A stretch of DNA of 64,000 bases from Candidatus Latescibacterota bacterium (GTDB lineage Bacteria > Latescibacterota > UBA2968 > GCA-2709665). Where the stretch lies: positions 1,600,001 to 1,664,000 of the forward strand of contig CBDDDZ010000005.1 in NCBI GenBank assembly GCA_965226795.1. Direction: 5' to 3'. Numbering within the stretch: the first letter of the stretch is position 1; each line of letters starts with the position of its first letter. The notes below the pieces were generated by a model, which did no database searches, was not told the DNA's origin, and saw only the letters and a program-made list of their open reading frames with translations. This document shows positions 39,588 through 48,951 of the stretch, in pieces. The translations under genes were made by a program, and so were the position numbers.

Positions 39588-40514
39588 TCAACGGCGGAAC
39601 TCCGACAGCCGGTCCAAGACCAACACGATCGCGAAACCCAACAGGGCCAGTCCGACGGAGGCGGTCAATTCGCCATCAATTGTGCGGGGCAGGACGTTCA
39701 ATTGCACCAGTGGTGCGTCGACGGCAAGCGCCGAAACATCCTCCTTCCAGGGCCAGATCTTCCGCAAGGAACCGGCCATGAACCCTGTCAACGTTGCAAC
39801 GGTCAGATCATGGTGCCGCCTGAAAATCCAGACCAGAACGCGGGCGAAGCTCAGAATCCCGATGGCGGCACCCGCCGCAAACAAAACAATGGGGAAAAGG
39901 TCCCGGTTGTTCAATGCCGCCAGGAGATACTCGTACTTTCCGAGCAGCACCAGAATGAACGATCCGGAAATACCCGGCAGAATCATCGCGGATATGGCGA
40001 TAACGCCGCAGAGGAATAGAAACCACGCTGAATCCGGCGTCTTCAACGGCACGAGGCCGACAACGACATAGAATAGCAAACCCGCGGCGAATGCCACGGT
40101 CCAGGTCGGCCCACGCCACGCGACGACCCGTTTCCGCACGACAAAGACGGACGCTACAACCAGTCCGAAGAAGAATGCCCAGATCAATTCCGGTTTATAC
40201 TGGAGCATCCACTGAATTCCACGCGCCAGGGCGACCACAGCCAGCAGAATGCCAATAAGTACCGGGCTCAGAAAACGCCATGGAAACCTTTTCAGCGCCT
40301 TCCGGAATCTGAGTGCAAGCAGCAGTCTGACGAAGCCGCGATCGATGGAATGGATCGCGTAAATCAGCTCCTCGTAAATTCCCGTAACGAAGGCGATCGT
40401 CCCACCTGAAACTCCGGGAACCACATCCGCCGCCCCCATACACACCCCGCGCAGGCCGAGGCCCACGTAGTACTTCCAGCCCCGCCGCACGAATGTCGGT
40501 TCCGTACCTCCCAC
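39588..40514 (-). CDS. DUF368-family membrane protein (undecaprenyl-phosphate translocase family)
   Basis: MGAADVVPGVSGGTIA, AMILPGISGS, GSLRKIWPW; start uncertain. Confidence 0.92.
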   Translation of the reverse strand: MGGTEPTFVRRGWKYYVGLGLRGVCMGAADVVPGVSGGTIAFVTGIYEELIYAIHSIDRGFVRLLLALRFRKALKRFPWRFLSPVLIGILLAVVALARGIQWMLQYKPELIWAFFFGLVVASVFVVRKRVVAWRGPTWTVAFAAGLLFYVVVGLVPLKTPDSAWFLFLCGVIAISAMILPGISGSFILVLLGKYEYLLAALNNRDLFPIVLFAAGAAIGILSFARVLVWIFRRHHDLTVATLTGFMAGSLRKIWPWKEDVSALAVDAPLVQLNVLPRTIDGELTASVGLALLGFAIVLVLDRLSEFRR

Positions 40515-40594
40515 GGTTTCAAACCCTCCCGAATTCTGCAGTTCCGATATCACTGTCCTGCCAACTCCGAGTATGCCGCAATGACCGCCACCCG

Positions 40595-40632
40595 AAAAAC
40601 AGGGACTCACGATTGACGCCGTAAGTCCCTGT
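40595..40632 (-). terminator. Terminator after tRNA-Pro(GGG)
   Basis: Minus strand ACAGGGACT...AGTCCCTGTTTTT. Confidence 0.6.
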
Positions 40633-40637
40633 CTGTA

Positions 40638-40714
40638 TGGTCGGAGCGACTGGATTTGAACCAGCGACCCCTATCACCCCAAGATAGTGCGCTACCGGGC
40701 TGCGCCACGCTCCG
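40638..40714 (-). tRNA. tRNA-Pro(GGG)
   Basis: CGGAGCGTGGCGCAGCCCGGTAGCGCA-CTATC-TTGGGGT-GATAG...GGTTCAAATCCAGTCGCTCCGACCA. Confidence 0.97.
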
Positions 40715-40862
40715 ATCTCAATTCGTCTCCCGCCGGAGCGAAAATCTAATGGGTCTTGCCATCGCCGTCAAGTGAAATGTTATCGGGGAAGACCGGGCGC
40801 TCCGAACCGCATTCTCGCCGGCGACACGACAAACCTGAAGCGCCGAACCATTTGAGCGTATC

Positions 40863-42143
40863 TCATTCGGACTTGTAATACAGTGAGTTATAGTACCGTT
40901 CGGCAACGACCTTCCACAGGATATTGACCACGGCCGCGGCGGGTATCGCGATGAGCATTCCGATGAATCCCCAGAAATGGGCGCCGACAACCAGCGCAAA
41001 CATCACCCAAACAGGATGCAGCCCAACGCGTTGCCCAACCACGCGAGGGGACAGGAAATTACCTTCGATGCCCTGCACTACCGCGAATATACCGACAACC
41101 TTGACCAGGTTGCCCGCTGGGTCCACGTCGAGTATCGCAACGAGGCACGCCACGCTGAACGCAACGGCCATTCCGATGTAGGGAATGAGGTTGAACAGCC
41201 CTGCCATAAGACCCAACAAGACGGCGTAGCGGATACCGAATACAAGAAGGCCGGCGGAGGTCAGCAACGCGACAAAACTGCTGACGAGCATCTGCCCGCG
41301 CAGGTATTGGCCCAGAACTTCGTCGACCCTCGACAATAACTCGCCGGCGGATGCGGCGTGCCGGCGGGGAAGTATCCGCGCCAGGGTCTGTTTGATGCGC
41401 TCGTAGTCCTTAATCATATAAAAGGTCACGAAAGGGATCATCAGAAAATTCAGAAGCGTGGCCAGACCGGAACTCAACCCCTTGAGGGCCGCAATGGTCT
41501 GCTCAGCGAAAAGCTCGCCCAGCTGGGGCAATTGTTCCAGGAGCAGCTGGCCCTTGGGAAGTGTCATCCCTAGCGTTTGCAGCCACAAAAGGAACCGATC
41601 GTAGAGATCCTTGAGCATGGCCGTATAGCTGGGAACCTGACGGCCGAAATCAAGGAGTTCATGGGTCACCAAAGGAACGACCACAATGCCGATGCCGGAC
41701 AATACCCCAAGTATGACGACCACCATCAGGGCGATAGCAATCGTGCGGGACATCCAGCGCTCCATAAGGCCAACAAGCGGAGACAGCAAGTAGGCCAACA
41801 CGAACGAGGTTACGAACGGCCAGAATAGCCCTGCCATGTCGCCCATTAGCCAGGCGCCAAACAGCAGAACCACCACCACCGCCACTCCCGCTTCAAACCT
41901 TACCCCCTTTCGCACCATTACCAGTATGGCGAGCAGCAGGAGGCCGATCAGAAACGGAGAAAGTTCCTGGTGAATAACGTAGAGGAAACCTACAAGAAAC
42001 AAGAGAATCGCCATGCGAAAGAAAGGCCTGTCGCCAGACAAGAAGCCGGACGCGAAATCTTCCGATGCGGGGGGCTGACTTTCTGTATCGCGGTTCAAAT
42101 TACCCTCTCTTGACCCCTGTTCGGCCTGTGATTCCGTTCCCAT
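40863..42143 (-). CDS. AI-2E family membrane protein
   Basis: LAYLLSPLV, YLRGQ, NLIPYIG, EGNFLSPRVVGQRVGLHP, GMLIAIP. Confidence 0.92.
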   Translation of the reverse strand: MGTESQAEQGSREGNLNRDTESQPPASEDFASGFLSGDRPFFRMAILLFLVGFLYVIHQELSPFLIGLLLLAILVMVRKGVRFEAGVAVVVVLLFGAWLMGDMAGLFWPFVTSFVLAYLLSPLVGLMERWMSRTIAIALMVVVILGVLSGIGIVVVPLVTHELLDFGRQVPSYTAMLKDLYDRFLLWLQTLGMTLPKGQLLLEQLPQLGELFAEQTIAALKGLSSGLATLLNFLMIPFVTFYMIKDYERIKQTLARILPRRHAASAGELLSRVDEVLGQYLRGQMLVSSFVALLTSAGLLVFGIRYAVLLGLMAGLFNLIPYIGMAVAFSVACLVAILDVDPAGNLVKVVGIFAVVQGIEGNFLSPRVVGQRVGLHPVWVMFALVVGAHFWGFIGMLIAIPAAAVVNILWKVVAERYYNSLYYKSE

Positions 42144-42163
42144 ACCATTGCCCTTAAAGGTCA

Positions 42164-43012
42164 CTATTCGGTTTCGACCTGCTTTTCATCCTTCGGCAGA
42201 ACCAGAAACGTCTCTGACTGGATGTCTACGTTGAAAATGCGAAGATAGCGACTGTGATGAAGTCCATTCACTTCCCCGATCAACTCCAGGACTCCATCGC
42301 CGTCAATATCCAAATAGCCCAGACGGTCGCCAAATCCGTCGGCAAAGTACCACTCCATGATTAACGTATCGAGGTCCACGACCACACCCGTATTCAATAC
42401 AACTTCCAGGCCGTAGTCATCGTCGAAATCCGCGATCACCATGCTCTGGGCGTGAATCGATTCTTTAGGGATCACGTCGCTGATGCCCTGCTCGTACTGC
42501 TCCAGACAGTCGTATACATGGATGTGCATCTCGCTATGGCTCAAGCTCTTGACCAGGTAGACGAGTTCCAGTTGAGGATCATCGTCCACATTCGCTATCG
42601 CGACGTGGGTAATATCCTGTTGGATCTGCCATATAAAACTGTAGTCGTCCGCACTGTATAGTACGATGCGCGTGAACGTGTAGGCGACAATTTCGAATTC
42701 CCCGTCCGCATCGACATCTTCCACAAAAACCCCGAGGACGGCGGATCCCAACGGCTCGCTTTTCCACTCCTCGTAGCCGCGTCCATCGACGTATCTTACA
42801 ACATTCAGGCTGCCCCGCGCGTCTCCGTAAACGACCCGCAGGGTTGCCTCGTCTCCCGACGGCAGGATACGAACCTGAGGCATTTCATCGATACTTCCAC
42901 CCCATTGGAATTGCCGGTTGTCACGTAAATGGTACCAGTCCGGGTTCCCGGCCTGGGCCGGCATCTGTGCCGTAAGCCAGAACAACGTGGCTATCCAGAA
43001 GTGGCATTGCAT
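42164..43012 (-). CDS. Secreted FG-GAP/VCBS-repeat protein
   Basis: Signal peptide (AQA); DVDADGEFEIV, NVDDDPQLELV, DFDDDYGLEVV, DIDGDGVLELI. Confidence 0.75.
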   Translation of the reverse strand: MQCHFWIATLFWLTAQMPAQAGNPDWYHLRDNRQFQWGGSIDEMPQVRILPSGDEATLRVVYGDARGSLNVVRYVDGRGYEEWKSEPLGSAVLGVFVEDVDADGEFEIVAYTFTRIVLYSADDYSFIWQIQQDITHVAIANVDDDPQLELVYLVKSLSHSEMHIHVYDCLEQYEQGISDVIPKESIHAQSMVIADFDDDYGLEVVLNTGVVVDLDTLIMEWYFADGFGDRLGYLDIDGDGVLELIGEVNGLHHSRYLRIFNVDIQSETFLVLPKDEKQVETE

Positions 43013-43014
43013 AC

Positions 43015-44169
43015 CTATCGTTCCTCTAACTCGGACAGAATCGAGAAGATCTCACTGTTCGCACGAACCGCTTCTTCACCTTCCGGAACTGTACGATGGT
43101 GACACGCCAGGCACACCTCCCGGAGTTCCAGTTTATGGCAGTTCGTACATTGGTTTACATTGCCGTACGGCGCAAAAAACGGCGCCTCGCGAAGATGAAA
43201 ACCCTCCGCATCGATGCGTCCACCCGGGTTCTGATGACCAACGGTGCTGGATACGCCTTCTCTTTCGTGGCAATCCTGGCAGAACGCCCTCAGTTTGTGG
43301 CAGGAAGCGCAGTCTGCGATCCTTCCGGAGACATCCTCCCCGTGATTTCCTCGAAAATCCGAGGTGATCGAAATGACCTTAATGTATCTTTCGGGCCGTA
43401 AACTCTTGAATTCCCCAATCAGATCCGGCGTGCCGTCGTGATCCACGTCCATGTAACCCATGCGGTCGCATCCGCCGAAGTGCCATTCGAAGTTGAGGGA
43501 TCTTGCATCGATTACGACGCCGGTATTGATGGCGATTTCGAGTTCAGCGTCTTCGTCCAGGTTCGCGATGACCATGCTTTCGCCGATTAGGGTCTGTTCG
43601 CCCCTTCTCTCCTCCGCAAGATGTTTGCCGTCATAGACAAACAATCGGGAGCCATGCTCACCCGAAGCGTCCTCGGCTTCTCCGAGGAAGATTAACTCAA
43701 GCTGCGGGTCTCCATCCAGGTTTGCGATCGCCATTGTCGAGATCGTGGCATACTCGTCATCTTTGCTACGCCATATCAACTTATACGTTTCCGCATTGTA
43801 GATCACAATGTCACCCCAATGCGAATACGCGACAATCTCAAGGAGACCGTCTGCATTGACATCCGCTACAAATACCTGTGCCACAGATGATTTAAGGGAT
43901 TGGCTAACCCAGACCTCTGAGGATCGCCCCTCCCTGAACTCGAGCACGTGCAACTGGCCCTGGCGGTCTCCGTAAACCAGACGCCTGGCGGTGTGGGCTT
44001 CAGATGGAATGATCCGAACGGTACGCATTTCGGAAAGGGCGCCGCCGAAGGAAACATCTTTACTCTTCGCCCATCGGAACCATTCCAGATCTCCTGCGTG
44101 CGCAAGCGTCAATCCCGCGCACAAGCAAGCCAACACCCAGAATACATTTCGAACAAGCAAGTCCCTCAC
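43015..44169 (-). CDS. Secreted FG-GAP-repeat protein with C-terminal tetraheme cytochrome c domain
   Basis: Signal peptide (AHA); DVNADGLLEIV, NLDGDPQLELI, DVDHDGTPDLI; CASCH, CQDCH, CTNCH, CLACH at 43099-43311. Confidence 0.78.
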   Translation of the reverse strand: MRDLLVRNVFWVLACLCAGLTLAHAGDLEWFRWAKSKDVSFGGALSEMRTVRIIPSEAHTARRLVYGDRQGQLHVLEFREGRSSEVWVSQSLKSSVAQVFVADVNADGLLEIVAYSHWGDIVIYNAETYKLIWRSKDDEYATISTMAIANLDGDPQLELIFLGEAEDASGEHGSRLFVYDGKHLAEERRGEQTLIGESMVIANLDEDAELEIAINTGVVIDARSLNFEWHFGGCDRMGYMDVDHDGTPDLIGEFKSLRPERYIKVISITSDFRGNHGEDVSGRIADCASCHKLRAFCQDCHEREGVSSTVGHQNPGGRIDAEGFHLREAPFFAPYGNVNQCTNCHKLELREVCLACHHRTVPEGEEAVRANSEIFSILSELEER

Positions 44170-44182
44170 GCCGAACCCCCGC

Positions 44183-45088
44183 TCAGAACAGACTGAGATC
44201 AACATTGAGATAGCGTTTCGGGTCCTTTTTGATTTCTTCGATCAGGCTGTCCACCGAGGTGAGCGTACGCTGCAGATCCAAATACAACCGTTCGTCGTGA
44301 ATCAGGCGGCCCAGCGTCCCTTCACCGCGGCTCAGTTTTCCGCTCACTTCGTTCAGATTGGATAGTGACTTCCCGAGCGATTCCAACGCCGTCTCCATAT
44401 TGCGCGCTACCCCATCCAACCTTTCGGTCGCGCGCCGCATGTTTTCGACAACCTGCCGCATGTCCGACCGGTTCTCGCCCAGCATGCCCCGTGCGTCGCG
44501 CGTGGCCACGGCCGCGGTATCCAGCACGGCTGTGAGGGTCTCGCGGTTCTCTGAAAGGGTCTGTTTCAGATGCACGGCCGAACTATCCATATTCGCCAGC
44601 AAGGCCTCTACGTGCGTGAGATTCCTATCGGCAAGCACCGCTTCCATGCGCTCCGCCAGCGAACTGGCATGTTCTGCCATCTCTTCAATGCCACCTCCCG
44701 ACAACCCCTGCAGCGTGTCGTGGTCGGCATAAACCCTATCGGAGTCCGATCCCACCTGTACGTCGATCAATTTGCCCCCCAGCAATCCCTCCGCCTGCAA
44801 AAAAACCTTCGAATCCCGGGGAAGGTTTCGAAATTCCGCAAAGCCGATACTTACAAGGGGCAACCCTTGCGTAAGTCTGATTTCAAGCACCTTGCCGGCC
44901 CAGACCCCCCGGATGAACACAGGGTCGCCGGGTTGCAACCCCGGTACGCTTTCGAAAAAAACATGCAACTGATATCCGCCGGCAGCCCCGGCGTAGTTCT
45001 CTGACAACCAGGCCGCACCGAGGACCGCAATCGCAATCGCCAGAAAAATGACGGCGCCCAGAACCATCTGTTTTTCTCGGCTGATCAT
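44183..45088 (-). CDS. MCE-domain protein (MlaD family) with helical extension
   Basis: N-terminal TM, GLQPGDPVFIRGV..GKV, GLLGGK, GEGTLGRLI, IKKDPKRY. Confidence 0.92.
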   Translation of the reverse strand: MISREKQMVLGAVIFLAIAIAVLGAAWLSENYAGAAGGYQLHVFFESVPGLQPGDPVFIRGVWAGKVLEIRLTQGLPLVSIGFAEFRNLPRDSKVFLQAEGLLGGKLIDVQVGSDSDRVYADHDTLQGLSGGGIEEMAEHASSLAERMEAVLADRNLTHVEALLANMDSSAVHLKQTLSENRETLTAVLDTAAVATRDARGMLGENRSDMRQVVENMRRATERLDGVARNMETALESLGKSLSNLNEVSGKLSRGEGTLGRLIHDERLYLDLQRTLTSVDSLIEEIKKDPKRYLNVDLSLF

Positions 45089-45100
45089 TCGTCACCTACT

Positions 45101-45856
45101 TCAGATTTTTCCGTGAACGAACATGTCATAGATATCGTTTCCGCTCCTCCCAATTTCCTCGGGAGTCCCTTGAATGGCTGTTTTTCCGTTGTAGAGCAGG
45201 GCAATCCTGTCCGAAATCCTGCGGGCAAGCGGCAGATCGTGGGTAACCACAACCGAAGTTACGTCCAGCTCATTTTGAAGTTTTAATATATAGTCACCCA
45301 CTACAGTGGCCGTGCCCGGGTCGAGGCCCGTGGTTGGCTCGTCATAAAGGATAAAATCCGGTGACATTGCAATTGCCCTCGCCAGTGCCGCACGCTTCCG
45401 CATACCGCCCGACAGTTCGACGGGCATCGTCAGCTCCGTCCCGGAGAGCCGAACGGCTTCAAGGCATACCCTGACCCGTTCTCCAATCTCGTGCTCCGAC
45501 ATTCGGGTATGCATACGCAGCCCGAATGCCACGTTCTCCTTTACATTCATTGAATCGAACAGCGCCGCGGACTGAAACAGCACGCCGATACGCTTTCGCA
45601 GTTCCTTTAGGTCATTCTTCCGGATGGTATTCATATCGTGGCCGGCCACCGTCACACGTCCGTGGTCTGGCTGTTCGATGCCGATAATATGTTTGAGCGT
45701 CACGCTCTTGCCGCATCCGCTGGGTCCCAGAATGGTGGTGACTTCTCCCCAGCGGATCTCCAGATCCATCCCTTTCAGCACTTCCAATTCATCGAATCGC
45801 TTGTACACAGCTTCGAATTTTACGGCAGCGCCATTCTTTGACAATTTTCTTCCCAT
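45101..45856 (-). CDS. mlaF: MlaF-family ABC ATPase
   Basis: GPSGCGKS, FQSAALFDSM, LSGGMRKR, YDEPTTGLDP. Confidence 0.88.
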   Translation of the reverse strand: MGRKLSKNGAAVKFEAVYKRFDELEVLKGMDLEIRWGEVTTILGPSGCGKSVTLKHIIGIEQPDHGRVTVAGHDMNTIRKNDLKELRKRIGVLFQSAALFDSMNVKENVAFGLRMHTRMSEHEIGERVRVCLEAVRLSGTELTMPVELSGGMRKRAALARAIAMSPDFILYDEPTTGLDPGTATVVGDYILKLQNELDVTSVVVTHDLPLARRISDRIALLYNGKTAIQGTPEEIGRSGNDIYDMFVHGKI

Positions 45857-45911
45857 TTACCGAAACCCCAGGACGGGAGGACCCACATTCGAAGAGGAGG
45901 ACAAAACGGTT

Positions 45912-46739
45912 TCAATAAAGCAATGTTTTGGTCAGGAAGTAGTCGAGAATCAATATTGAGGCCGCAGAGATCACCACCGCCGCCGTCGCCGCACGGCCCA
46001 CCCCCTGCGCCCCACCCGATGCCGACAGTCCGGCGTAAGAACCGTAGAAGGTGATCAACCCCCCGTAAACCACGGACTTGATCAGGCATACCACGAGATC
46101 GTACGCGCTGAAATCCAGCTTCATTCCCTTCACAAAATCCGCAACCGTTATATCCATTAGAAAAATAGACATCACATAACCGGCATAGATCGACGTGAAG
46201 GCAGAGAATACCACAAGCACGGGAATCATTAAGATGCCGGCGAGAACCCGCGGCATGAGGAGGTAACCGACCGGATCCACTGCGAGGGAAACCAGCGCAT
46301 CCACCTGTTCAGAAACCTTCATTGTACCCACTTCAGATGCAATGCCCGCACCCACCTGACCCGCCAAAACCAGCCCCATGAGAATCGGCGCCAGTTCCAG
46401 CAGCACGGAGCGGACAACGATGCTGCCCACCATATAGTCCGGTACGTAGTCCTCCATCTGGTAGGCCATCATTGTGGATACGGCCATTCCACTGAACGCC
46501 GAAACAAGGATGACCAGAGACAACGAATTCACACCAACTGAGTAACATTGTTCGACGATCTGCCGCCGGTAGAAGTAGACGTTTGGCAATTCGCCAAGAA
46601 GCCGCCGAAAATACCCGTACATCGAATGGGTCAGCAGCAGAAAGCGGGCCGTTTTCAGGCCCATGAATTCCAACAATCGTTTCACGGGGTTATCCCGGCG
46701 AAAGATCGACGACCATTTGCGACCGCTCGCGGGCATCAC
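45912..46739 (-). CDS. mlaE: MlaE-family ABC permease
   Basis: ELAPILMGLVLAGQVGAGIASEVGTMKVSEQVDAL, GAQGVGRAAT. Confidence 0.92.
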   Translation of the reverse strand: MMPASGRKWSSIFRRDNPVKRLLEFMGLKTARFLLLTHSMYGYFRRLLGELPNVYFYRRQIVEQCYSVGVNSLSLVILVSAFSGMAVSTMMAYQMEDYVPDYMVGSIVVRSVLLELAPILMGLVLAGQVGAGIASEVGTMKVSEQVDALVSLAVDPVGYLLMPRVLAGILMIPVLVVFSAFTSIYAGYVMSIFLMDITVADFVKGMKLDFSAYDLVVCLIKSVVYGGLITFYGSYAGLSASGGAQGVGRAATAAVVISAASILILDYFLTKTLLY

Positions 46740-47189
46740 CCGGAGTCAGCGGCGCAAGAGGCATATGCGGTCGTAATGGCGCAAAGGCGAAACCCAAATA
46801 CCACGGTGCGATTCCGCCCACGGACACGCTGGTTGAAACGCGACCATGGACGTTCGAACCTCGAAACCACATACGAACGCTCACGGGGCGGAGGGTTTGA
46901 TCAACCCGATTCGGGATTTCGTGGCAGAGCCATCCTGGAGACGATCGGGCATCTCGAAATGGCGGCAATCAGTACCGTCTACCTATAGTGCGAGCCCCGA
47001 CGCGATCCATAACCGGAATCACTCTCAATTTAACCATTAAGTTCGGTTGGATCAACGACTTTGTACTTGTCTTGCACTGCCGGTTCCTCAGCTCAACCGA
47101 CGCGCCGTATCGGTTTCGGTACCAGCAACAAAAATGCGGGCGAGGAAAACCCCCTACCCGCGTGTTCTGGCGCCTACGCCGATGCGACA

Positions 47190-48086
47190 TCAGACCTGAT
47201 CCTGCCAGGACTCCTCGGCACGCACCCGTTGCTTGAAATATCGGCGCAGTTTGCCCAGGGCGCGATTTCGGATCTGGCGTACACGTTCCCGCGTGACACC
47301 CAGTTCGCTGCCGATCTCGCCCAGTGTCCTTCGATCTCCGCCTTCCAGGCCGAAATAGGACCGGATGACGTTTGCCTCCCTGGCGTCGAGACTACCCGCG
47401 AGGGAGGCGTTGATCAGTTCGGTGCGGTCTCTTTCCAGAACCTCCAGATCCGGGTGGGCTTCATCGCAGTCGAGCACCTGCAACAGGCTTTTTTCTCCTT
47501 CTGCGTCGATGGGAGATTCGAGGGAGAGATCCGACCGAGCGCACCGAAGCGCGCGTTCCGCGCGCTTTCGACTTATCTTCATATCATTCGCCACCTCGTC
47601 CACCGTGGGCACCCGCCCCAGTTCCTGGGTCATCTGTCCCCACCGCCGGGCCATGCGATCCATATCCTCCTGCCGGTTGGCCGGCATGGACACCGCGGAA
47701 GTACGTTTCAACGCATTCAATATCGCCTGGCGTATCCACCAGACGGCGTAGCTGATGAATTTGTACCCCCGGGTTTCGTCAAACCGGTTCAGCGCTTCCA
47801 TCAACCCCATGTTGCCTTCGGCGATCAGATCGGAAAGTGGCACCCCGCGTCCCTGGTACTCGAGGGCGACGCTCACGACAAAACGCAGATTGGAGGTGAC
47901 TAGCCGATCGATCGCCTTTGGATCGCCCTTACGGGCCCGCGTGAGGGTATCCGTCTCCTCTTTGCGCGTCATGGGCGGATATCGGCGAAGTTCCTTCAGA
48001 TATCGCTGTACGGAGGCGTCGTGAGGAAGACGCTTCCTGGTGGGTTCCTGGAAGTCCACGGCGGATAACAACCCCTTTGCTGCCAT
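47190..48086 (-). CDS. RNA polymerase sigma70-family factor lacking region 1.1
   Basis: YLKEL, NLRFVVSVA, DLIAEGNMGL, KFISYAVWWIRQAI, VTRERVRQI. Confidence 0.93.
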   Translation of the reverse strand: MAAKGLLSAVDFQEPTRKRLPHDASVQRYLKELRRYPPMTRKEETDTLTRARKGDPKAIDRLVTSNLRFVVSVALEYQGRGVPLSDLIAEGNMGLMEALNRFDETRGYKFISYAVWWIRQAILNALKRTSAVSMPANRQEDMDRMARRWGQMTQELGRVPTVDEVANDMKISRKRAERALRCARSDLSLESPIDAEGEKSLLQVLDCDEAHPDLEVLERDRTELINASLAGSLDAREANVIRSYFGLEGGDRRTLGEIGSELGVTRERVRQIRNRALGKLRRYFKQRVRAEESWQDQV

Positions 48087-48273
48087 GAAGCCGCCGACCA
48101 ATTTCACCGGCGTTTCCGGATAGGATATGGAGCGACGTACGCTTGGAACGATTTGGGATCACGAAAGTTCCACTTTCTTCAGGTCCTCCACACGGGTCGG
48201 GTACCACGACCATTCCGTACCGGGGGATCGGGTTCGGAGTTTCATATCCCGAATTTCCACGAGGCACGGATTG

Positions 48274-48308
48274 AAAAAAAGCGAGCCGTCGAATACCCAA
48301 CGGCTCGC
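48274..48308 (-). terminator. Intrinsic terminator after tRNA-Arg
   Basis: Minus strand GCGAGCCGT..ACGGCTCGC-TTTTTTT. Confidence 0.8.
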
Positions 48309-48320
48309 CTTCAACAGGCA

Positions 48321-48398
48321 TGGTGGGACATACAGGATTCGAACCTGTGACCTCTGGTTCCGGAGACCAGCGCTCTATCCAGACTGAGCTAATGCCCC
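48321..48398 (-). tRNA. tRNA-Arg(CCG)
   Basis: GGGGCATTAGCTCAGTCTGGATAGAGCG-CTGGT-CTCCGGA-ACCAG...GGTTCGAATCCTGTATGTCCCACCA. Confidence 0.96.
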
Positions 48399-48417
48399 CG
48401 CACGATTTTGGAAACGG

Positions 48418-48507
48418 TCAGGCATTCTTGTGGCGATCTCTTCTGCGACGCTTCTTGCGCTTGTGAGTCGCGATCTTGTGGCGCTTTCGTTTTCTTCCGC
48501 AGGGCAA
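48418..48507 (-). CDS. Small basic protein, bS22/AURKAIP1-COX24 family
   Basis: TTG start after AGGAGG; MPCGRKRKRHKIATHKRKKRRRRDRHKNA; not in ORF track. Confidence 0.88.
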   Translation of the reverse strand: MPCGRKRKRHKIATHKRKKRRRRDRHKNA

Positions 48508-48560
48508 GTAATACTCCTCCTGGTGACAACTATCGATGGTGCGGAACGGGTTCTGACCGG

Positions 48561-48839
48561 CTATTCTCCCGTGAGGCCTGCCCGCAATTCCCTGGAAGGC
48601 TTGAAAACCGGCGCAGGGCGTTCCGGAATTTGAACAACGTCGCCTGTTTTTGGGTTTCGCCCTATCCGGGGCGCCCGGGTCACGACCTTAAACGTCCCAA
48701 ACCCTCGAATTTCGATGTGCTCGCCATGTTGCAATGCCGCCACAACCGAGTCGAGGAAACCCTCCACGACAGCCGCCGTATCCGATTTCGGCAACCCCGT
48801 GGCCTCTGCAATCTGATTGACGATATCGGCTTTGGTCAC
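48561..48839 (-). CDS. HU/IHF-family DNA-binding protein
   Basis: MTKADIV, IRGFGTFKV, GRNPKTG, FKPS. Confidence 0.95.
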   Translation of the reverse strand: MTKADIVNQIAEATGLPKSDTAAVVEGFLDSVVAALQHGEHIEIRGFGTFKVVTRAPRIGRNPKTGDVVQIPERPAPVFKPSRELRAGLTGE

Positions 48840-48911
48840 CGAATCCCCTTTCGAAACTGGCTTGTGACTCAACGAATAACCGACCGGTCGAATTGGTTCG
48901 GACAAGCGGAA

Positions 48912-48940
48912 AGGATATACAAATGGAGACGTTTTGTCAA
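48912..48940 (-). promoter_or_regulatory. Putative sigma70 promoter for HU-bS22-tRNA-Arg
   Basis: TTGACA-17 nt-TATCCT. Confidence 0.6.
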
Positions 48941-48951
48941 CAAAAAACAGC

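Noticed and set aside
47190..48086. rpoD or rpoS symbol
   Set aside because: Lacks region 1.1; primary vs alternative sigma cannot be decided from sequence alone.
1084..48398. Integrative elements at tRNA genes
   Set aside because: No integrase and no duplicated tRNA 3' ends seen.
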